DNA of 64,000 nt from Meyerozyma guilliermondii (lineage: Eukaryota). Under the pieces are notes generated by a model. It made no database searches. It was not told the DNA's origin and saw nothing but the letters and a program-made list of their open reading frames with translations. Within the stretch, counting starts at the first letter, position 1. Each line of letters begins with the position of its first letter. Shown in pieces: positions 47,059 through 57,230 of the stretch. The translations under genes and the position numbers were made by a program. The stretch is from contig CP128819.1 of the NCBI GenBank assembly GCA_051546255.1, positions 248,001-312,000 on the forward strand, written 5' to 3'.

Positions 47059-48393
47059 TCATATATTCTTCTTTAGTGGACTTCGTAAATTTTCATCAAG
47101 CGGAAGACATGTAATTGCCAATATCACACAGCATAAAAGAAGCAAAGTTGCACTAATATAGTAGCAATATCCGTAAAGGTCATGATATGCCAATGCGCCA
47201 GCAACTAAAGGTCCTATGCATAGACCAAAAGCCCTGTAAACAAATATTCTAGCCAGAAGTTCCTTCCTCGAATTCTGGGGAGCAACCAAACTTAGCACCA
47301 TCCCATGGACATAGTAAAGTCTCGAAGTCATCCATACCGAGATTCCAGTTATTGTCTTGGTTGTATCTGGTTGTGAAGAAGACCCGACTCCAATATACAT
47401 AAATGCAGTTGTGAGTTCCATAATAATAACTGACTTTATAGGGCCATGCAAAAGGTAAGTTAAGACCACTGAAAGTACTGGTGAAAATTGATCACCAATC
47501 AATAGCATTGCAACTGCGAAAGGAGCACGAGACGGGTCCTTGTTCATAACACTCATATAGTCGACTTTCCAAGGAATGAGAACAATTCCTTCTCCAATTG
47601 CTTGTAAGAAGAATGTCCAGTTAAGGCAGGAGATTACCCTCGAATGGTCATTCTCCAGTGTAGTTTCTTCTTCCTCATCGTCTTCTTCTTCTTCTTCTTG
47701 AGTAGAAATCTCCATTTCGTTATGCTTTTTGGAGTCTAATAAGCATACCAAGAGTAGAATGACGAGCTCCAACACTGTAAATGTCTTGAATGCATAGTCG
47801 AAGCGTGGGGGTTCTTTCAGTTGCTCGTCAACATTCAACATTATCGCCGTAGCAATCATTCCTAAGAAAACACCACTAGTCCCTAATATTAATGACAAAG
47901 TTCTCTCTTCGAACTGTTTGTTCTCATTCGTAATTGTGATCAACATACTGCCTTGAAGTGCCCTTGAATAGCCCAATTCGTGCCCCCAACTCACCATGCA
48001 CCCTATTATTGCAGGCAAAGCAGCCCACCTATGTGAAATCGTCAATAAAATAGCTCCACAAAGAGCCGCTAGTCCATGACAACTCAATATTAAAGTTTTA
48101 TGAGTAGACCTATTTTGCAATTGAGGCAGGAAATAACGAAGAAAACCATTTCCCAATAACGATATACTCATTAGTGCCCCAATTGACCTCTTGTCTAGTC
48201 CCAACAGTTCGAGATATGGGAATAAAGCGACATACAAAAGTCCCAAATTTAAACCTTGAAACCCCTGTATCAAACGAAGTATCCAATGTTGTAGACCCAC
48301 TTTGTATGAAAATGGTTCATTTGCGGACGCTCGAGGACTTCCATCCTCTAAATTCTGTAGCTCATGATATTGAGTGCCGCTATCATCCACCAT
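47059..48393 (-). CDS. Divergent MFS-like multi-pass membrane protein
   Basis: Two blocks of about six hydrophobic segments separated by an acidic linker, and GLCIGPLVAGALA in the penultimate helix. Confidence 0.65.
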   Translation of the reverse strand: MVDDSGTQYHELQNLEDGSPRASANEPFSYKVGLQHWILRLIQGFQGLNLGLLYVALFPYLELLGLDKRSIGALMSISLLGNGFLRYFLPQLQNRSTHKTLILSCHGLAALCGAILLTISHRWAALPAIIGCMVSWGHELGYSRALQGSMLITITNENKQFEERTLSLILGTSGVFLGMIATAIMLNVDEQLKEPPRFDYAFKTFTVLELVILLLVCLLDSKKHNEMEISTQEEEEEDDEEEETTLENDHSRVISCLNWTFFLQAIGEGIVLIPWKVDYMSVMNKDPSRAPFAVAMLLIGDQFSPVLSVVLTYLLHGPIKSVIIMELTTAFMYIGVGSSSQPDTTKTITGISVWMTSRLYYVHGMVLSLVAPQNSRKELLARIFVYRAFGLCIGPLVAGALAYHDLYGYCYYISATLLLLCCVILAITCLPLDENLRSPLKKNI

Positions 48394-48467
48394 GAATATA
48401 GGAAAAGTTACATTAGAAATTTTATATGTAGGATATTGGCTGTGAAAAATTAGTGTGCACGCGACTC

Positions 48468-50108
48468 TTACATGCCTCCCATGCCTCCAAACTGGCTCAT
48501 CATCTTTTGCATCATTCCTGGATTCTGCATCATTTGCTGAGCTTGTTGCATCATCTGAGGGTTCTGTCTCATCATTTGTTGAGCTTGTTGCATCATTCCG
48601 GGATTGTTCATCATGGCCGACATATCGGGCATTCCACCACCTCCACCCATCATTTGCATTGCTTGTTGCATGAATCCAGGGTTCAGTTGTGCTTGTTGCA
48701 TCATTCTTTGCATACCTCCCATTCCACCCAATGCTCCACCACCGCTGTTTTTGGCACTCAGAGCCATAGCACTCATCATTCTTTGCTGCTGCAAAACCAT
48801 CTCCACTTCAATGGCATAACAGCCAGCACCACGAGCAACTCGGATAATTCTCTCTGGTTGTTCCGTGAAAATACGACCATCGCTATCCAATTCTTTTGTA
48901 GTCATCAGATCCATAATGAAGATCATATTCTTTATCTTACTCGATGTTTCTTCTTCTCCAATCTGCGACATTATTCCTGACATACCTGGAATCATCAGGG
49001 CAATGTTTGCAAGTGAACCCATCTTGGTGAAATTGTTCATTTGTGTTTGGAAATCACGCAATGTGAACTTGCCCTCCTTAAAATTTTCCATGGTCTTCTT
49101 GTGCGACTCATCGTCCTGAAGATTCAACAGCTGTACATGCTCAATCAACGACTGGATGTCGCCGATTCCGAGAAGTTTCGATATGAAAGCAGACGGCCTG
49201 AACGTCTCAAGATCGCCAACGTGTTCACCCGTTCCTATGAATACAATGGGAGTTTGGGTTGCTGCAACTGCTGAAATAGCACCACCTCCCTTGGCGTGGC
49301 CATCCATTTTCGTCAAAATGATCGAACCGAAATCAGAGGTTTCTTTAAAAGCCCTGGCTTGCAGCTCGGCCGCTTGACCAATTGAACCGTCCATCACCAT
49401 TATAGTTTGAGTGGGCTGCACAGCTTCGGAGATTTGTACCATTTCGTCAAACAAGGATTGTTCTTGCTTGTGTCTTCCCGAGGTATCCACGATGATGATA
49501 TCAAATTTCTCTTTTCTAAACTTGACCACACCTTCATGGGCCACCTTTACGGGATCAGTCTCCAAGTACGAACCATAGTATGGAATCAGCGACTTTGTAG
49601 CGTTTTGCTTCAACTGATCAAAAGCACCAGCTCTAAACGTATCCGCACAAACCAAGCCCACTTTAAACCCTCTTTTCTTATAGTAGACGGCCAACTTGGT
49701 ACAGGAGGTTGTCTTACCCGCACCCTGAAGACCAACAAACATAATGATGTGTGATTCTGCATTGTTTTTCGTTATTTTCTTTCCTCGAATACTCTTCTGT
49801 TTTGCCTGCTGGCTCAATTTTTTAGGCTTGGGAGGTTCTTCATGTGAATCCACAAGCGCACAGAGCTCGTCAAACACAATCTTTTGAAGCTTCTTTCTCT
49901 TGTTTGCCGCGGCTTCGTCATTGCGTACTTCTTTCTTCACTTTTGCCTTGATATTGTCTCGCAATTTGGCCACCAATTTAACATTGACGTCACTTTCCAA
50001 TAATGCCGTACAGATATCTTTTATCATGGCTTGGATCTCCTCTTCGGACCCCGAACTGACGCCGGAAAGAGCATCCCGCAAACGAGAACCTAGCTCTGCC
50101 AAAACCAT
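48468..50108 (-). CDS. SRP54: Signal recognition particle GTPase subunit
   Basis: [45 protein letters not shown] and a Met-rich M domain. ATG at 50108. Confidence 0.98.
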   Translation of the reverse strand: MVLAELGSRLRDALSGVSSGSEEEIQAMIKDICTALLESDVNVKLVAKLRDNIKAKVKKEVRNDEAAANKRKKLQKIVFDELCALVDSHEEPPKPKKLSQQAKQKSIRGKKITKNNAESHIIMFVGLQGAGKTTSCTKLAVYYKKRGFKVGLVCADTFRAGAFDQLKQNATKSLIPYYGSYLETDPVKVAHEGVVKFRKEKFDIIIVDTSGRHKQEQSLFDEMVQISEAVQPTQTIMVMDGSIGQAAELQARAFKETSDFGSIILTKMDGHAKGGGAISAVAATQTPIVFIGTGEHVGDLETFRPSAFISKLLGIGDIQSLIEHVQLLNLQDDESHKKTMENFKEGKFTLRDFQTQMNNFTKMGSLANIALMIPGMSGIMSQIGEEETSSKIKNMIFIMDLMTTKELDSDGRIFTEQPERIIRVARGAGCYAIEVEMVLQQQRMMSAMALSAKNSGGGALGGMGGMQRMMQQAQLNPGFMQQAMQMMGGGGGMPDMSAMMNNPGMMQQAQQMMRQNPQMMQQAQQMMQNPGMMQKMMSQFGGMGGM

Positions 50109-50336
50109 GGTGGATGATGTGCGGTTCAAAGTTGAGATTTTCGTGGACATCGTGGTGTATGGAGGCGAATGGAGATAGCAGGGCAGATAACAGAGTAAAG
50201 GAAGAGAGAGCGGGGAAGAAGCTGAAAGAGATAGCTGGAGCTAGATAGAAGCTTGAGATATTTCGGTAGCTGGTAGCTGGTAGCGAACTTTATTGTTCTA
50301 AATGCAGGGACATCCTGTGTCCGGACCGCCAGGGTC

Positions 50337-50798
50337 TCATATAGTGCGCATGAATACCTTATCCATGAGTTCCAAATCGTGTTCTAGATTGGTTTGTGCC
50401 AAGTCATCGTCAGAGTCGTCGTAGATTGTGTTAGCGTACAAGTTTATGGCACGGGTCATGGGGTGGCCAGATTTTGGTGCCACCGGTAATACCAATGTGG
50501 GGTCGTTACGAAGAAATGCCAAATTGATGCAGTCGTAGTTGAGGTCATGATTATATTCACCGGGAATTAATGGAATAGTATACTGGGAGTAATCATGCTC
50601 AAGTTGGGGAGACGGAGGCGTCGGAATAGAAATGGATGATAGGGTATTGTTCAGGTTTGGTTTGGCAGCAACATGATTGAAGTTGAACATAGTTTCGATG
50701 TCATGCAACGACTTGGAAAAGATTTCCTTCTCGATACGGATGCGCTTCTGAGATTTTGTGGATATCGCAGCGCCGTCCAACGAGCGTTTTTCTGACAT
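50337..50798 (-). CDS. Hypothetical 153-aa protein
   Basis: ATG-initiated ORF in otherwise gene-free space. Basic N-terminus, PTPPSP motif and acidic tail; TTATAA about 70 bp upstream. Confidence 0.55.
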   Translation of the reverse strand: MSEKRSLDGAAISTKSQKRIRIEKEIFSKSLHDIETMFNFNHVAAKPNLNNTLSSISIPTPPSPQLEHDYSQYTIPLIPGEYNHDLNYDCINLAFLRNDPTLVLPVAPKSGHPMTRAINLYANTIYDDSDDDLAQTNLEHDLELMDKVFMRTI

Positions 50799-51649
50799 TG
50801 CAACAAACTGTTGGCCACAAGAAGTGCTCCCGACAAAAAAAAATCGGTTGTTGGCGGCCGCTCCAACTTATAAGCAAAGATTCCGCGCATGGCACGGATG
50901 CAGGCAGATGCATTGACAAGTGCCGTCTGTGGTGGAACGTCACTCGCATGGCGCGCCGATAAAGAAAAACGCAAAATGAGTGCGGCGCAGTTAGGATTGC
51001 CCGCGTGCGATAGCGAGATTCAGATCTACTGATAACCGGATGTATGAGTATCATGGCCGAGTTGGGAAACCAAAGCTAAAGTGGAGTAGCAATATTGATT
51101 GTTTGTTGCCGTAAGCTCACCTTAATTTGGCGCCGATTGTACGGCAACATCAATGCCGCTTGCGGGTTCACCTTCCGCATTTGAACCTTGTTGCAACGAT
51201 TGAAAAAAGTGCGGAGATGCGGGGTCACGGGATACTTTTGCGTTTTGTAGCAGCTGTTCACATTCAACCGGAGCTTCGGGGGTTGTATGGCACACAATCC
51301 ATACTGCCCGTTCCATGTTGCTACGTCTCTATTTACCCACAAGCCCGTTTGTTTACTTTTGCCGATTCCGCCACATTTCCTATAATGCTCTTTTTTTCGG
51401 CGCATCTTCTCCGCAGCTTATCGCGGCACTGTGAACGGACAACAACCATGGGCTGTCTGCAGGATATGGACCGCAGCCTGAGTCAAGTCTAAGAGACAAT
51501 GTCAGATGATAAGCGCATCAAATTTGCTCGGATAGTGTGAAGCGCGTATCCTTGCGGAACCGAGGGTAGATAAAGCCTCCACTATTGCGTTTTTCGCGTC
51601 TATTGTGAAAAATCTGTTTGGATGCATTGTTATCTCTTGGTCTTATCTT

Positions 51650-53485
51650 TCAGTTATCTTCCTCGTCGGAATACCATGCTCGAGGCTCAGTCAATCTATC
51701 TTTAGCCAAGATTGCTATTTCTTCGTTGCTCACCATGGCGTAGTGGATAAACAGTTCTTCCTCATCTTCATCTCCATCAATGATAAACGTATCGTCGTCT
51801 TCATCCTCGCTGTCGGCAAACTCATATGTGATTAAAGACCTCGAAACCGGCCGCTTCAAGTCGGATGCCAACACCTCTATGTCATCCGAGTCCGTTTCCA
51901 CCTCGTTGAATGCAGCTGCACGCTCAGATTCTACTCTATCTTCCCATTCGTCATACGAGTCATCACTTTCATTGACATACTCTTCATCAGACTCTTCCAG
52001 ATTTTTGTCACTTTCCGGCTTGTACTCTTCAATGTGTTCACTGTATCCCCATAAATCTTTGAGCTCGCCCTTTGCAAGACCAGTTCCATAGACTCCAAGT
52101 AAGAGTGAAGGAACAATGTAGAGCAAAGCAGGCTGGCCAACACCAAAAATCTTGAGCACCACCACGGTTACAGTTAAACTGCAAATGTAGCACACGATAG
52201 CGCAGTAGAAATATGGTTTCTGGAAGGATCTCAAGTGGTGGAATGCAGACGTATGGAGCTGGTGATGACGGTACAAGTCGAAACGCAAGCACGCAGATAT
52301 GAACGCACCAGGAATCACGATGTCGCCCAAGCCGAGTAACGATGTTGGAACGTCCCAATATTTGAAACCTTCAGATCCAAATACGAGGCCGCCAATGGTT
52401 GCAAAGTAACTTGGTTGTCTTGGATAAACAATCTTGATAGGAATGTCAATTCCAGTTGCCACGGTCACCATCACCTTTGTTCCAAAAACAAAGTAAATAT
52501 CGTAGAAGAATAACGCAATCAAGAGCCCAGTAGCGACTTTGAAATTTGAAAGTCTTGTCACCCTTATTCCAAAGATGGCAAAATTGATTCCCATGACATT
52601 AGCTAAAAGCCAGTTTGTGGTGTCAAATGGGTAGGCGTTGTTCAATGCAGGGTTGTGCAAGTAATAAAGTGTCAGGAGGAATATGCTGATTGGAACCAGT
52701 AAAAAAAACTTGAGGTCAAACACGAAATTGAACTTTTGATTAATGACCGGGATGGACGTCGGGTGGAGAATCTCGACGTTTTCACTGGCTAAATGTGTTT
52801 TCAATCCGTCAAACCATTCGAGGGTTTTGTTTGGAAATGATGACGCAGATACCTGTTCCAATTGACCCAATGGGAAAGTGTCACTCTTTTCATCTACTGA
52901 CAAGGTAGCCTTGTAACGAGTAAATACGCTTAGTGAGTTTCCCGGAAGACGAAGCCAAAACAGAATGGTACGAACCAAGTACGTTATGGCAAAATCAGAC
53001 ACACTATAATTGGAAGTGAGAGACACTATCAAGAGATACCAGTTGAGATAGTATACCAATTTTGTCACGTCGATGTTCTGAAGACAGTAGTATAGCCCAT
53101 AAAGTGCTCCAGCACTCATCACTGGCATAGCAACAGCCTGTTTAAAGTCGATGGATGTGCCATTGAGAAACTCTAAATCGGAGGCGTTGGTATGAATATA
53201 CCGACTATCGTCTCTATCGGAAGGATCCCACAATTCACTTTCCACTTCTACATTGGGATCCAATGCATTAGCAGGCTTCGACAATGTTGCATAAGACCCT
53301 GCAATTACGCAAAACGTGGCAGTGCAAATCGAGAGAGCAAACGGCAACACGTCTGGATCGATATAATTCCAAACGCGAGATTTGTACGCGTAGTAGGGAA
53401 TAGCATAAGCAGCCTTGTCCAAGAAGCCAAGATGCTCAAACGCAGGAAATGTTATATTTGCTGCATGAGTCTCGGTTGCATTCAT
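51650..53485 (-). CDS. YPF1: Signal peptide peptidase (GxGD intramembrane aspartyl protease)
   Basis: LFFYDIYFVFGT, LLGLGDIVIPG, QPALLY and an acidic C-terminal tail. Confidence 0.93.
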   Translation of the reverse strand: MNATETHAANITFPAFEHLGFLDKAAYAIPYYAYKSRVWNYIDPDVLPFALSICTATFCVIAGSYATLSKPANALDPNVEVESELWDPSDRDDSRYIHTNASDLEFLNGTSIDFKQAVAMPVMSAGALYGLYYCLQNIDVTKLVYYLNWYLLIVSLTSNYSVSDFAITYLVRTILFWLRLPGNSLSVFTRYKATLSVDEKSDTFPLGQLEQVSASSFPNKTLEWFDGLKTHLASENVEILHPTSIPVINQKFNFVFDLKFFLLVPISIFLLTLYYLHNPALNNAYPFDTTNWLLANVMGINFAIFGIRVTRLSNFKVATGLLIALFFYDIYFVFGTKVMVTVATGIDIPIKIVYPRQPSYFATIGGLVFGSEGFKYWDVPTSLLGLGDIVIPGAFISACLRFDLYRHHQLHTSAFHHLRSFQKPYFYCAIVCYICSLTVTVVVLKIFGVGQPALLYIVPSLLLGVYGTGLAKGELKDLWGYSEHIEEYKPESDKNLEESDEEYVNESDDSYDEWEDRVESERAAAFNEVETDSDDIEVLASDLKRPVSRSLITYEFADSEDEDDDTFIIDGDEDEEELFIHYAMVSNEEIAILAKDRLTEPRAWYSDEEDN

Positions 53486-53529
53486 CTTGAAGTTGAGTTG
53501 AATTAAACAAGGTTTGACTTATGAATCGG

Positions 53530-53690
53530 TACTGCATATACGATGCGGTCCTGTATGTTCTGTGCTCGTGATGGCTACGTCACTTGGCCGCGTCTGCATC
53601 CTCGCCAAGAAGGGCAATGGTTGCAAGTGGTGACAGTGTCCACGCAGGAGCTTGCTGCATGGAATCATGCACGGCTCCACATTGGGAACA
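53530..53690 (+). repeat. Diverged direct repeat, copy 1
   Basis: Collinear blocks shared with 54879-55199: tactgcatatac, gtgctcgtgatggctacgtcacttggc, tcgccaagaagggc, ctgcatggaatcatgcacg, attgggaa. Confidence 0.8.
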
Positions 53691-54328
53691 GAATATGAAG
53701 AAGTGGACTAGCAAGAGATGATAATAATGAACGATGATGTGATATTTGACTCTCCTAGAGCATGGTACTGGAAAACCTGTGATAAATCGCCCTTTATCAT
53801 TGGCTTACCATTGGCTCTAGCAGCCGCAACAGCGGCACCACCAACTATATAACCAGTAGCGATCGTAACGCCAAGTTACAACAAGTAGAATTTGTTGGAA
53901 CTGTGCATGGGATAAGGATCTATACACCATTCAACTAGGTAGATCCTCGTGGCAGCAGTTGCAGCCAAACCCATCTGTCACTATGCTAGGCTGGGTTCAA
54001 AAAGCTTTCTTTTCAGCTGAACAATTGGATCAAAAACACGAACGGCATCAAAGCTGGATATTTTTTCCAGAAATAATAAGCCTTTCCTGAAAAGGGTTCA
54101 CCATATTCACATGTTCAACTTACCTCGTACTTTGACAGGTGTCGAATGCTTTCCGTGCTGTTAAGAGTTCGAACTGTATTCAACACAAGAACTGGAAATA
54201 CCCTTTCCAACTATTGAGCCATAAAGTCTGAGCGATAAGGACCACAATCTAATGATTATTTTTTGAGGTCTGGTTTTATTTTCGCAGACCGCAATATATA
54301 ACTCCAAACACGTTCACGTTCAAAGTCA

Positions 54329-54613
54329 ATGACAATTGTAAATCCAGTGAATACTGGATTATTGGGATTCTTTGTTTTCTTTATTCTTTCCGTCATGGGG
54401 ATATATCCCAGATACACCGTTGCTGGACTGTTAGCTAGCATCCTACTGGCTGCGTCTCAGACGATTACCAACGCGTGGTTTCCCATTGTATGTCAAGACA
54501 TTGATAGTTCAGGATGTTACTATCTCACCAGTGGTAATCAGACTGTTCAGGTTTTAAGTATTGCAGGAGTTGTAGTGGTTGCAGTTAAATTGCTCCTCGC
54601 CACAATGACTTGA
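54329..54613 (+). CDS. Orphan 94-aa small membrane protein (2-3 TM)
   Basis: ATG ORF with hydrophobic segments and a CQDIDSSGC loop. TATATAA at 54295-54301. Confidence 0.4.
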   Translation: MTIVNPVNTGLLGFFVFFILSVMGIYPRYTVAGLLASILLAASQTITNAWFPIVCQDIDSSGCYYLTSGNQTVQVLSIAGVVVVAVKLLLATMT

Positions 54614-54878
54614 ATCATCAATTCAAGAATTAGAATGGCTTTTAGGTTACAAATATGGGACTATGTGCAAATCTACAAGATTCATCACTAAACCAATTCA
54701 TGGATACTGAAATCATTTACATTGTATGATTGTTGTTTTGTGTCGTAACTGAGACCCACTATGAAAATGTCAGTCTAGACGGGCAATTTAGGTTTGAATT
54801 CTGGGCGAATACTTCTCAAACATAAATTACTCCTTAATTTGGTCTACTTCCTTCCACTTAAATGTGAGCTACATCAAT

Positions 54879-55199
54879 TACTGCATATACCTTTTGGTCC
54901 TAGGTGCCGTGCTCGTGATCGCTACATCACTTGGCACGCAAGTCAGCACCATCGCCAAAAAGGGCTGTGACGTCACGTGACTGCGAGGAAGGGCAACGAG
55001 TGACCATGATTGCCATGCAAGTTCCAAATCAAGTCCCTAAGACAATGGTGGCAAGATCATGGTAGCAAGAGATCCGGTGGCAACTTTGAACCGAAGTTTC
55101 CTTCGGCTCGCTAATTTTGACTGACTCTTGCTTGCAGTGGTGCCACGACGTCTGCACAGCACCATCTGCATAGAATCATGCACGATTCCTTATTGGGAA
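54879..55199 (+). repeat. Diverged direct repeat, copy 2, interrupted by about 165 bp
   Basis: tactgcatatac, gtgctcgtgatcgctacatcacttggc, tcgccaaaaagggc (to 54965), then ttgcagtggtg and ctgcatagaatcatgcacgattccttattgggaa (55132-55199). Confidence 0.8.
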
Positions 55200-55794
55200 A
55201 GTGGACGAAAATGTGGTAGATTGCGAGACCAGTAACGAGATAACATGACGTCAGGCAACACTGATAACGAGAACCTCGCCAATAACCATGACGGTGAATA
55301 TGACAAGATACATGCGTAGAAACAGCTCTATACACCACCATAGGCAAAGAATCAATTCCATAAGTCAAAGCTAAATAATTAACGGGGCGGCCCCGCACTT
55401 CTCCTCAACCGGTACTTCCAAGAAATTTGAGAGGTAACCAATTCAGTTTTTGACGTTGGCAGTCTTGCATACTCCATGCGGCACCATGCACGTAGACATG
55501 TTTGCGAAGTCGCGAGAGTCGCGAGGGGTGCATGAAAGTGTCAGTTGGGTGATGTCCCGAACCCGCCACGCCTGTGTGCAGGCCAAGATGTTCTGCAGGC
55601 GTGCACCTGCGAACAATATTTATAAACTGGAGGTCAGACGTTTTTGGGAAATTGAGCGCACTTGCAACATAGCTGGTTTTACCTTTACTTATTCCACAAC
55701 CCGTGTTCTACTTCTGACCGGTGTCTGCTGACACTTTTTACTTTCCAATCCTTTCAAAAATTCAAGTTTGTCATCACCCCAAATCAGCGTTTTA

Positions 55795-56880
55795 ATGAGC
55801 GGTAACCACAAGTCCAAACTTATAAATCGAGTCCATTCGGCGTTCATTCGAGCTGATGGCACGGAGGCCTCGCCTCCCACCAGCGTTTCGTCGGCTCCAC
55901 CGTCGTCAAAAGCGCTGTTTTCCAAACCCAAACTTTCGAAAAATCCTCCGCAATTGGAACGGTCGTCGCTGTCGGACATTTTTGAGCGGTCCATCTCCAC
56001 GGCGCTGTTCCTGCCCCCACTTTCGGCGGTGACTTCGCAGTCGGGACAGCCCCAGGCCCCGCACAAACACCTGGTGGCACATCTGGTGCCACATCTGGTG
56101 CCGCACCTGGCACGGTCACGCAGCATGTCCACGGTGAGTGCGTCGTCGCAGATGTCTCAAACTCCGTACGCCATTCCTATGCATCACAATACCGAGGACT
56201 TCATTGCCCCCGTATTGGACACCACCACGGAGGTGCTTAGCGACCCCTCCATAGATATGAACGATGTTGAAATTGTGTGCCCGTGCGACACTGATGAAGA
56301 CCTGGATCACGATTGCGCTGCTGTTCGGCCTCCGGTGCTGAGATCGCGGTCCAGATCTCGGTCTAGGTCCATCATCTCCATGTCGCTTCGCCAGTGTATC
56401 AACGGCGCCAATTCTACTTCGGTGCACTCCGGATCGGGCTCGGTGTCGCCCACCATGACCCATGTCAAACTGAGCCTGTCGATTGCAAACAGAAACTCCA
56501 GTTTACAGAGCCTGGTGGATAAGGGCGATGCGTCGCCATCAAAAACTACCATCAATTTTTACTCGTTTGCAGACATGGTTAACGCAGAAAACCATATGGC
56601 CAGCCTTCTGCTTGGTCCCAGCACATTTGATGAAGTCGTGCAAGAAGAGGATCCACTCTACGAAACCAACGAAGAAGAACACTACACCAGCCCGGGAGAA
56701 CAGCAGACCAATTCTGAACGAATTGAGAAATTTTACGGATTTCGGTTGGGCAGTCCACCTAATAAGTTTCACCGCACCCGGTCGCATGGATCCACCACCC
56801 TGGGTATTGAACCCAATGATCCCCGCTTGGGATATCAATCCATGAGCGTCAAAGAGTATATATCATCTGTTCCTCAATAA
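55795..56880 (+). CDS. Ser-rich, largely disordered protein of unknown function
   Basis: ATG at 55795. Short conserved-looking blocks DIFERS, EDFIAPVLDTTTEVL and INFYSFADMV; internal 12-bp repeat at about 56068-56110 encodes HSVx under CUG-Ser. Confidence 0.75.
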   Translation: MSGNHKSKLINRVHSAFIRADGTEASPPTSVSSAPPSSKALFSKPKLSKNPPQLERSSLSDIFERSISTALFLPPLSAVTSQSGQPQAPHKHLVAHLVPHLVPHLARSRSMSTVSASSQMSQTPYAIPMHHNTEDFIAPVLDTTTEVLSDPSIDMNDVEIVCPCDTDEDLDHDCAAVRPPVLRSRSRSRSRSIISMSLRQCINGANSTSVHSGSGSVSPTMTHVKLSLSIANRNSSLQSLVDKGDASPSKTTINFYSFADMVNAENHMASLLLGPSTFDEVVQEEDPLYETNEEEHYTSPGEQQTNSERIEKFYGFRLGSPPNKFHRTRSHGSTTLGIEPNDPRLGYQSMSVKEYISSVPQ

Positions 56881-57230
56881 TGACTAATGACCTACGTAAA
56901 TTTCTTGTTACCCCATCTCAAGGGCTTCACCCTCCTCCCCCCGCTCGCTTACCTAAGGAGCCCCATGGTCGACAATTTTTCGCACTTCGTCAAATACCGT
57001 TTCCACCCAGTGCCATTAGCTCCGCTTTTCTAATCATAGCAGTCGTTCTACGCCCTTCCACCGTCCCACAACATTCCTGGAGCCTGTGCGCGTCATCATC
57101 ATCTTAGATCAACCCCAATTGTATCAAAGTTTTGCCCCCTTCATCTGCTAAACTCCTCCGCTGTACGTTTTTCCCCCAGCCTGTCCCAACTTACTTTTCT
57201 CGTTCCTATTAACGACACCTACTTAATATC

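Noticed and set aside
53718..53852. 44-aa ORF containing PRAWY, also found at the Ypf1 C-terminus
   Set aside because: A five-residue match in opposite orientation with no flanking similarity. No YPF1 pseudogene could be traced between the repeats.
54130..54185. GTTCGAA B-box-like motif suggesting a tRNA
   Set aside because: No cloverleaf, A-box or poly-T terminator.
54972..54981. CDEI-like element as a point centromere
   Set aside because: No very AT-rich CDEII or CDEIII follows, and CTG-clade yeasts are not known to have point centromeres.
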